DNA from: Bacteroides sp.
Lineage (GTDB): Bacteria; Bacteroidota; Bacteroidia; Bacteroidales; Bacteroidaceae
Length of the DNA stretch: 32,000 bases
Reading direction: 5' to 3'
NCBI GenBank assembly: GCA_030151885.1
Contig: JASLCG010000014.1
Coordinates: 11,209-43,208 of the forward strand
Shown: positions 20,483 to 27,897 of the stretch, piece by piece
How positions within the stretch are numbered: the stretch's first letter is position 1
Layout of the letters: each line of letters opens with the position of its first letter
The notes under the pieces: model-generated
The model's input: the letters and a program-made list of their open reading frames with translations, nothing else
What the model was told of the DNA's origin: nothing
Database searches by the model: none
Position numbers and translations under genes: made by a program

Positions 20483-23400
20483 ATGGTTATAAAGCGAAAT
20501 TCAGCACGTCAATGGCTTAATTACTATGCTACCAGTTTGACGGATGGAGATATGATTGAAGTTGCCGATGATGAAATTAAGCAACGACTTATATTAAACT
20601 CATCAGCAGTACTTCTTGATAAAGTCAGTTTAGAGAGGGCTTATCAGAAATTATATCAACGCTTGCCCCAGATAGAAGGCGGTGAAAGGAAGCCTGGTGA
20701 TGTGTTTGATTTAGAGCTATCTGTTTTTATATCTCCTTTCTATATGGTCGAGGTTAATGCTAATAACATTAAAAAACCAAAACGAGTGTTTCCTTTTTGG
20801 ATTCCAGCTTTACTTTTGGCTACTGGCGAATTAAGACCTCCTACAGATGATAAAATTGCTCCTTGGTTTATTCGTAGTGTGTTAGATCCAATGCCTAGTG
20901 TGGGTAATATTGCAAGTTTGGGAAATCTTACTGATGTGTTAGATGTTTTAACAAAACATGAGTTCTCTACTATAAGCTGGTCTGAGTATTGGGAGAGCAG
21001 TTGTAAGTTTTTCCATAAAATAACGGAAGCCAACTTTGATAATATTCAAGTAGAAGGTGCTACCATTGTGCACGAATATAGCTTGGTAAATAGCGATAAG
21101 AAGGTAGAAGCACGTAGTATTGCTAAACTGTATGCTAGGTTGCAACGAGATAATAAGACTCCTAAATTACTGAATCATATTTTGAGTAATCAGTTTATGA
21201 AACAAGAGAGTCTTCCTAGAAGAGAAATTTCATTCTTGCAGAAAGGGCATTATGGTCAGTTCAATAATAAATTTCCATTAAGTCCGTCTCAAAGAGAATC
21301 ATTACTTACATTTATAAAAGAGGAGCATAGCACCCCAACCAGTGTATTGGCTGTTAATGGTCCTCCTGGAACAGGGAAGACCACGTTGTTGCAAAGTGTA
21401 GTGGCTAACGAAATGGTTTATAGTGCTTTGGCTGGTTCTAAACCAAAAAGAATAGTTGCCTCCTCAACGAACAATAAGGCTATTACCAATATATTAGACT
21501 CCTTTGGAAATACCTCTAGCTTGAAACGATGGTTACCCAAACTCTCTTCTTTGGGTGTATATATGATATCGGGCGACGAACAGAAGCAGTTAGATGCTAT
21601 AAGATCTGGTTATCAGTTGTTAAGGCTGACTAGAGATGGGTTGGAAGGGCATTATTTTGATCATCATGAAAACCCACATCGCTCTTTAGAGCAGTTTGAA
21701 TTATACTACAAAGCGGCATATGCTACAGCCTACGATTCAATAGCAGAGCTTAGTATTAAAAATATTACAGACGAATTGTATGAAGAACTTCTGCACAAAA
21801 GCCAGCTAATAGACAAGGTTATAGGTACCTATCAGAAGATAGCTATTTTTGAAAACGATTCAGAATATAAGCTTTCGGACTTGTCAATCCTTCAAGAAAA
21901 TATTTGTCAGCAAAAAGAGCAGAAAGAGAAGATATTGGCTCGTAAAAAAGAGCTTATAACATTTAAAACTGAAGTGTTTGATGCCTTTTTTGTCAAACAT
22001 AAAGCCCCATTGCTAACTAGGATTATTGGTACTAAAGACAAGGAGTATAACAACAGGGTACAGTTGTTTTTATCTACAACCGAATATGCTTCTTATTTTA
22101 AAACTTGTAACTCAAGAGAAGAGGCAGAGCAGGTATTGTTAGAGATCTTAGAAGAGGTTAATAATGAGCTTAATCTAGTTAATAAGCAGATAGATAGACT
22201 AGACAAGTTAGCAGTGCAATGTGAAGAGCTATTGACACAACAACAAGAGGTAAACGATAATTTACAACTATATTGGAAGGCTTATTTAGCAGGACAAGGA
22301 GAGAAGGCAATGGTGTATAAAGCTATGTTATCTGATGCCGAACTACATATTGAGCGAATACAGATAATACTAGATTTAACTTTGCGTTACGATTGCTTTG
22401 TGTTGGCTGTGCACTATTGGGAAGGACAGTGGTTGCTTCATCAGCAGAAGGGGCCTTATAAAAACACGAAAGGAGTAGTCTCCAGACTAGATGTATTTAA
22501 GCGTATCAGCTACTTAACGCCTCTGTTTGTATCTACATTCCACATGTTGCCAAGTTATTGCAGTGCCTTTACACTTCTAAATAAACAGTGGAAAGTACAA
22601 CCCATTTACGAAGCTTTTGATGTCTTAATTGTGGACGAGGCAGGACAGGTGTCTCCCGAAATAGGGTTGCCATCTATGAGTTTTGCGAAGTATGCATTGA
22701 TTGTTGGTGATGTGCATCAAATAGAACCAGTGTGGAATATTGCATCTGCAAAAGTTGATAAAGCTAATTTGGACGATTATAACTTATTAAAAGAGCATAG
22801 TTACGAAACTTGGAAAGATAGGGGAGTGTTGTGTACATCTGGTAATTTAATGAGCTTAGCACAAAATGCTTCAAAATACAAGGTGTCGTCCGAATTAGGT
22901 GGAACAATGTTAGTAGAGCATCGTCGTTGTGTGGACGAGTTAGTGGCTTTTAGCAACGAGTGTGTTTACAAAGGTCTGCTCAAACCAATGGTTGGTAGCA
23001 AAGGTAACTGTCAATTGTTATGGAAGAATGAAACGTTGACTCTTCCTCCTTTTGGCTATATAAACATCAGAAGTAGGTCGGAGCGTAGGTATGGAAGTAC
23101 CTGTAATGAATATGAGGCACAAGCAATAGCTCAATGGATTAAATATTATACTCCACATATTTTACACCACTATGCCAAAGAGAGTGGTGGAGAGCTGATT
23201 TATAAAGATATAAGTGAGTGTATTGCCGTAATTACTCCTTTTACGGCACAAGCTAAAGTGATAAGAGAAGCTTTTATACAAGAGGGTGTAAGTACACAAA
23301 TAGGAATAGGTACAGTGCATACCTTTCAAGGTGCAGAGGTGCCAATAGTTGTTTTTTCGCCTACTTATGGAGCGAATACCTATGGTAGAAGTTTCTTTTT

Positions 23401-24070
23401 TGATCGTGGTTATAATATGCTTAATGTAGCAATAACGCGTGCTAAAGATCATTTTATTGTTATTGGAAACATGTGTAATTTCAGGATAAATGGAATGAAA
23501 AAACCATCTACAATACTGGCTAAGTATTTAATGTCTTCTGAAAATAATGAACTTCCTAGCTCTTTTCTGTATCAAAATGACACACGTTTTCACTGTCCAA
23601 CTAACAGATTAGATAAGTTAGAACGACATCAAGCTTGTTTAAAATATACCATATCTAAAGCAACAAACCAAGTAGTTATTGTATCGCCATTTATATCAAT
23701 ATATGCCATTGAGGCCGATGGCTTGGTGACATTGATAAAAGAGGCTGTAAGTAGAGGGGTGAGAGTTATAGTTTATACAGATGCTCAATTAGATGTGGTT
23801 AATAGAACCCTAAAAGAGAGTAGCAGTCGTGGCCGATCCGCATTGCTAGATGCAGGTGTGGATCTTAGGATATTGAATGGAATTCATAACAAGGCTATTG
23901 CTATGGATGATATTATGTTAGTAGAGGGTTCTTTTAACTGGTTGTCGGCTATTAGAGATCAAAGCCACCCTTATTTCAGACATGAAGTATCTCAAGTACT
24001 TCAGGGTGTGAATGCTCAAAGAGAAATTCCTAGATTATTAAAAGATCTAGAAGATATAGAACATACCTAA
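20483..24070 (+). CDS. SF1 Upf1/DNA2-like helicase fused to a C-terminal PLD-family (single HKD) nuclease; Mokosh type II (MkoC)-like architecture
   Basis: Helicase motifs: 'LSPSQRESL', Walker A 'GPPGTGKTT' (aa 293-301, nt 21359-21385), Walker B 'LIVDEAGQ' (D718/E719), 'VGDVHQIEPV', 'TVHTFQGAEVPIVVFS' and 'LNVAITRAKDHFIVIGN'. The C-terminus has a perfect HxK(x)4D(x)6GSxN motif, 'HNKAIAMDDIMLVEGSFN' (aa 1135-1152, nt 23885-23938). Confidence 0.85.
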   Translation: MVIKRNSARQWLNYYATSLTDGDMIEVADDEIKQRLILNSSAVLLDKVSLERAYQKLYQRLPQIEGGERKPGDVFDLELSVFISPFYMVEVNANNIKKPKRVFPFWIPALLLATGELRPPTDDKIAPWFIRSVLDPMPSVGNIASLGNLTDVLDVLTKHEFSTISWSEYWESSCKFFHKITEANFDNIQVEGATIVHEYSLVNSDKKVEARSIAKLYARLQRDNKTPKLLNHILSNQFMKQESLPRREISFLQKGHYGQFNNKFPLSPSQRESLLTFIKEEHSTPTSVLAVNGPPGTGKTTLLQSVVANEMVYSALAGSKPKRIVASSTNNKAITNILDSFGNTSSLKRWLPKLSSLGVYMISGDEQKQLDAIRSGYQLLRLTRDGLEGHYFDHHENPHRSLEQFELYYKAAYATAYDSIAELSIKNITDELYEELLHKSQLIDKVIGTYQKIAIFENDSEYKLSDLSILQENICQQKEQKEKILARKKELITFKTEVFDAFFVKHKAPLLTRIIGTKDKEYNNRVQLFLSTTEYASYFKTCNSREEAEQVLLEILEEVNNELNLVNKQIDRLDKLAVQCEELLTQQQEVNDNLQLYWKAYLAGQGEKAMVYKAMLSDAELHIERIQIILDLTLRYDCFVLAVHYWEGQWLLHQQKGPYKNTKGVVSRLDVFKRISYLTPLFVSTFHMLPSYCSAFTLLNKQWKVQPIYEAFDVLIVDEAGQVSPEIGLPSMSFAKYALIVGDVHQIEPVWNIASAKVDKANLDDYNLLKEHSYETWKDRGVLCTSGNLMSLAQNASKYKVSSELGGTMLVEHRRCVDELVAFSNECVYKGLLKPMVGSKGNCQLLWKNETLTLPPFGYINIRSRSERRYGSTCNEYEAQAIAQWIKYYTPHILHHYAKESGGELIYKDISECIAVITPFTAQAKVIREAFIQEGVSTQIGIGTVHTFQGAEVPIVVFSPTYGANTYGRSFFFDRGYNMLNVAITRAKDHFIVIGNMCNFRINGMKKPSTILAKYLMSSENNELPSSFLYQNDTRFHCPTNRLDKLERHQACLKYTISKATNQVVIVSPFISIYAIEADGLVTLIKEAVSRGVRVIVYTDAQLDVVNRTLKESSSRGRSALLDAGVDLRILNGIHNKAIAMDDIMLVEGSFNWLSAIRDQSHPYFRHEVSQVLQGVNAQREIPRLLKDLEDIEHT

Positions 24071-24160
24071 TTAGGCTGTAAATCCTTTCATATAGTAGTA
24101 AATAACACTTAATATGTTGCTTTACTAGGTTACCCCCCCCTTAAAAGGAACACTTAGTAA

Positions 24161-24266
24161 GTCGCCGATAAGCCTTATGTTTATCGGCGACTTACCTCTA
24201 TCTTATCGGCAACATGCTTGAGGTATGTCGGCAATGAACAAATAGCTTCTCGTAGCTAGCTCTGAT
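24161..24266 (+). repeat. copy B of the YRTCGGCRAY / 22-bp-phased repeat
   Basis: Boxes: inverted gtcgccgata 24161, tatcggcgac 24182, tatcggcaac 24204, tgtcggcaat 24226, degenerate tctcgtag 24248. An 11-bp hairpin forms at 24161-24171/24181-24191. Same orientation as copy A. Confidence 0.8.
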
Positions 24267-24310
24267 GGTTGTTGTACACTTGTTATTTTTATAGAGTTGG
24301 TGTGGGTAAT

Positions 24311-24347
24311 AAAGAAACAACACCAGTACAAATAATGTACTGGTGTT
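24311..24347 (-). terminator. rho-independent terminator of the pilus operon
   Basis: Perfect 12-bp stem aacaccagtaca (24319-24330) / tgtactggtgtt (24336-24347) with a 5-nt loop. Followed on the minus strand by GTTTCTTTATT. Lies 56 nt after the stop of the tip gene. Confidence 0.75.
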
Positions 24348-24402
24348 ACCTAGGTTATTAGAACGAAGTTCTAAATTAAGAAAACAAAATATATTTTTCA
24401 AG

Positions 24403-26436
24403 TTAATTTCTTACACAACGGATCGGGAGAAGGTAATATTTAAGTTTTTCATATTCTTTTAATATATTATTCCCTGTTCCATATTGAGAAAATACGATTG
24501 CACTAGAAGCTGAGTTTTTTATAGTTTCAGTACTCCAGTAAGCTCCTTCATAATATAGAGTTACACTCTTTGACTTAGTTTTTGTATCATTTATAAATCC
24601 TCCAGGAAAAATACGTACAATATCCATATTGTTGTTTTTTTCCCAGTAGGCTGGGTTCGAAATATCTGTAATAGATATCTTTGCCCCAGCTTGTCCAAGA
24701 TATCTAGCTCTAATCTCTAAATCTCTAATTTTAGTATTAGGCCGATTATAGGTACTCCATCTATAGGCAGTTAAGTAATTATTTGTACTACTAGAAATAA
24801 ACTTTAGTGCATAAACTATTGTACTGAATTCTGTGTTTTTCTGTTCTGTATACTCTCCAGTAATACCGCGTACTTTTATAGTATATTTGCTTGTAGGGTA
24901 AGGGGATTGAGAAATAGTTAATGCTTTGGTCTCTAGTACATCTGGTATGTGGTATCCTTGTGGGCAAGGGTCTCCAGTAAGTTCGCCCATGTAGTCTTTA
25001 TTAGTACCAATATACTCTTTAGGAGCATAAGGAATTTGTCGCTTAATTATGGATGTCCAAGTATCCTCAACCTTTTTTACATTTAATTCTAATTGTCCAT
25101 TATAAGTCCAAAAAGCAGAATCATCTATACTTGTTATTTTAAAATCTTCTAACTTATTATAGTCAATAGGTTTATTTCTTCCCCAATTCCAAAGAGCTCC
25201 TACTGGATAACTTGAATCTTTTTTAGAGACAAACTTATTTACATCGACAAGATTTTCTTCGGCAAAATAGTATAAAGCAACATTAGGAAGTATCACACGT
25301 TTATCGGTAGTCTTAACATTGGCTATTGTAGCAGATATGGTATAGTGGTGGTTACGCTTAGTGTCAAAACTTTTTGTGTTGTCCATTCCTAAATAGATGC
25401 GGTACACTGCAGGAAAAGACTCTATATCTCCACTTGCAGTCGGACGAGAGTAATATCCATATATTTGTATATTTGATGCAAACTCTGGTGCAGAAATTCC
25501 CCCTTTTTGATGAGGAAACTTAATTTTATCTACTGTCCCTTTTATATTTTCTGCAATATACCAAGTAATCTCTTTACCAGGAGATAAACTCACCATATCG
25601 TAGTCCACATAATCTGACTTGTTAGCCTTATCGGGCTCAGTTGGTTGGATGTAATACATACCTTTGCTACACTCTTGTAACTGTACGGCTTTAGGTTCGA
25701 ATGTATGCTTGTCAGGTAGTTTAACAGAATAGCTGAAGGTAACTTTTGCAACCATTCGCTCTAATTTAATCTCCTTAATAGCTTCTGTTACTTTACCTGT
25801 ATATACGGCAGCCATAGGTAAGTTACTACCATTGGTAGTAAGCTCCTCTTGCACATTATAGGTTCTAGATTTTAATTGTTTTAATTTCCCTAATGTTTCA
25901 ATTGAAGAGGAACTACTAAATAGAGAAGAGTTATTCGAATTCGCTATAAAGCATATAGTTTGCTCGATATTTGCATCGCTATCTTCTTTTTTATCACTGT
26001 TTAAATTAGGTTTAATAATATAATCATCACCTATTTCTGTTATAAACTCTTTTGATACGAGCTTTGCTTCATTATCTGTGCCATTGTATTGTAATACCCA
26101 AACGTTGTCTATAGTCTCTTCTGCATCTTCACCTACATCTCCAGGAGCCCTGGTTTTAGCCTTTTTTTGTGTAGGTTTAGCATTATAATCTACGTACATA
26201 GATGATTCTTCAGAGTCATTTTCTACACTCGAAACTTTGTGCGCTCTTGTATCTTTATCTAAGTTATACTCTTTTATTGGATCTACAACTAGTTTAAAAG
26301 CTGGCCCATTACCATTTAGCTCTGGCTTCTGAGGTGCTTTTACGTCCACCTCAATCTCGCTGCTACAAGAAATGAGCATCCCCAGACAGGTTACTAGTAA
26401 TAGGACCGTTTTTATTGTTTGATTCACTATTTTCAT
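24403..26436 (-). CDS. type V pilus tip/adhesin-like lipoprotein with C-terminal FISUMP-like (Fibrobacter succinogenes major paralogous) lectin-type domain
   Basis: Lipobox 'MLISCSSE' and last position in the fimbrial operon. The C-terminal third carries FISUMP hallmarks: 'GALWNWG', 'DPCPQGYHIPDVLETKAL', 'GAYWSTE' and the terminal 'LLPIRCVRN'. Confidence 0.65.
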   Translation of the reverse strand: MKIVNQTIKTVLLLVTCLGMLISCSSEIEVDVKAPQKPELNGNGPAFKLVVDPIKEYNLDKDTRAHKVSSVENDSEESSMYVDYNAKPTQKKAKTRAPGDVGEDAEETIDNVWVLQYNGTDNEAKLVSKEFITEIGDDYIIKPNLNSDKKEDSDANIEQTICFIANSNNSSLFSSSSSIETLGKLKQLKSRTYNVQEELTTNGSNLPMAAVYTGKVTEAIKEIKLERMVAKVTFSYSVKLPDKHTFEPKAVQLQECSKGMYYIQPTEPDKANKSDYVDYDMVSLSPGKEITWYIAENIKGTVDKIKFPHQKGGISAPEFASNIQIYGYYSRPTASGDIESFPAVYRIYLGMDNTKSFDTKRNHHYTISATIANVKTTDKRVILPNVALYYFAEENLVDVNKFVSKKDSSYPVGALWNWGRNKPIDYNKLEDFKITSIDDSAFWTYNGQLELNVKKVEDTWTSIIKRQIPYAPKEYIGTNKDYMGELTGDPCPQGYHIPDVLETKALTISQSPYPTSKYTIKVRGITGEYTEQKNTEFSTIVYALKFISSSTNNYLTAYRWSTYNRPNTKIRDLEIRARYLGQAGAKISITDISNPAYWEKNNNMDIVRIFPGGFINDTKTKSKSVTLYYEGAYWSTETIKNSASSAIVFSQYGTGNNILKEYEKLKYYLLPIRCVRN

Positions 26437-26490
26437 ATTCTTATGTTACGTTTTAATTGATCCAGTTAAATCGTTTTAAAAACTTATTAA

Positions 26491-27897
26491 CTATTTACTT
26501 TCACTAATTTCTTTTTGTTCATCGTCTTTTTCCTTCTCTTCGACCTCATTGCCCATGCCATCATGAACAAGCTTAGTTATGTGTTTCCAAGGTTCGACAA
26601 TGTCAAATTTTCCTATACCATAAAAACCATCCCACTTGTAAACGGTCCATGGTATTGCAAAAGATTCTCCTTCACCCAACTTATCAATCCATTCTTTTGG
26701 TATCCATGGCTTTGCTTGCGATGTTGCAACTCCAAGTATTAATGAGGATTGAGCTAATACCCAGTCGTTTACAGAGTAAGCTCCTAAGGTGGCTATTCCT
26801 AACTTAGGAACTTCCCACTCTACAGGAACCCATCCCATAACTTCTAGTTTTGTACCACATCCATTCTGGTTGGCAGCTAGGTCGGGATCTTCGCATCCAG
26901 GGCCACTAATTTTTTTTATACAGAAGCCATAAAAGTGGTTGCGTAGATACTCGTCAATTAAGACTTTTTTCTCTTCATCAGTTGCTTTAGCTAAATCAGA
27001 TTGAATAATTTTGTTTGAATCTATTCTATAAAAAGTCTCTTGAGTATCTCCTCTATAAAAGCCTCCTACAATAATGCAGGTAGGCTTATTAATCCAATTG
27101 GCATCCGTTTCTAATAGCCCTTTTGATTCGCTTAAATAGAAAGTACAGGGTAAAGTTGGATTTTCAATTTCTAAAGGGGGCTCAACTACTGATTCTTCAG
27201 GTTGAGTATGTTGTATAGGTAAGGTAGGTTGTTGAACTCTAAAGTCTTTTTCATGAATAGCCTCTTTATCAGGCACTAATACCACATCTTTTGCACGATA
27301 TACTTTTATAGAGTTTACTTTGAATATATCTTCCGTAATCTCGTCCGAAAGTCTAATCTCTACTTTAGATATTGCACGAAGAAGCTGTACCGAATGATTA
27401 TGTGTCTCATCCTTGGCAGTAGCTTTAACTCCATTTGGTAGTAAAATACTTCCCCACATTGGAATCAAATTGTATGCTAATTTAGCTTCATAATGAGGCA
27501 GTGCGTGTAAAAAGTCTTTTTCATGAGTTCCATAAACATGACTTAGGTCCTCTTTGGTTAGGTTTGTATTTGCCAGAAAATGTATGGCTATTTTATTTGC
27601 AGAGGCATTTAAGTTGAATAAAAGCTTGGTATTCATTGTTACCGTATATTCATAAATGTCTGTTAAGACATCCTCTGTAAATACAAAAATCAAGATGTTA
27701 TCAATTGTATTCTCTGTAAAGTTGGAATTAGCTCCTCGGGTTACCATCTTAAAGTTGAAGTTGATGTTACTATCTTCTGTGTTAGAAGGAGTAGTCAGTG
27801 CTTCTGTACTACAAGATGTAATTCCAAACATTGAAGAGATACAAGTTATTAAAAGAATAAACTCTTTATAAAACTTTTTTATTACCATTCTTCCCAT
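26491..27897 (-). CDS. fimbrial accessory subunit-like lipoprotein (Mfa3/4-position) with W-rich C-terminal repeats and acidic tail
   Basis: Lipobox 'GITSCSTE'. Assigned from its position between the anchor and tip genes and its beta-rich composition; no strong family motif was recognised. The true start may be the second Met at 27888. Confidence 0.5.
   Translation of the reverse strand: MGRMVIKKFYKEFILLITCISSMFGITSCSTEALTTPSNTEDSNINFNFKMVTRGANSNFTENTIDNILIFVFTEDVLTDIYEYTVTMNTKLLFNLNASANKIAIHFLANTNLTKEDLSHVYGTHEKDFLHALPHYEAKLAYNLIPMWGSILLPNGVKATAKDETHNHSVQLLRAISKVEIRLSDEITEDIFKVNSIKVYRAKDVVLVPDKEAIHEKDFRVQQPTLPIQHTQPEESVVEPPLEIENPTLPCTFYLSESKGLLETDANWINKPTCIIVGGFYRGDTQETFYRIDSNKIIQSDLAKATDEEKKVLIDEYLRNHFYGFCIKKISGPGCEDPDLAANQNGCGTKLEVMGWVPVEWEVPKLGIATLGAYSVNDWVLAQSSLILGVATSQAKPWIPKEWIDKLGEGESFAIPWTVYKWDGFYGIGKFDIVEPWKHITKLVHDGMGNEVEEKEKDDEQKEISESK

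Noticed and set aside
19099-24070. Acyltransferase and helicase-PLD as a two-gene system
   Set aside because: A very strong terminator (20267-20330) and a separate candidate promoter lie between them. Family-3 acyltransferases are common stand-alone envelope-modification genes, so there is no evidence of coupling.
24133-24140. C8 homopolymer tract, conspicuous in AT-rich DNA (possible slipped-strand phase-variation site)
   Set aside because: It lies 63 nt after the helicase-PLD stop codon, between convergent genes. There is no ORF or promoter spacer that a length change could switch, so it is probably neutral.
24198-24401. 67-aa minus-strand ORF in the helicase/pilus intergenic region
   Set aside because: It spans the repeat element (24204-24266) and the 12-bp terminator hairpin (24319-24347). 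It lies downstream of the pilus operon stop with no promoter, and its composition looks non-coding.
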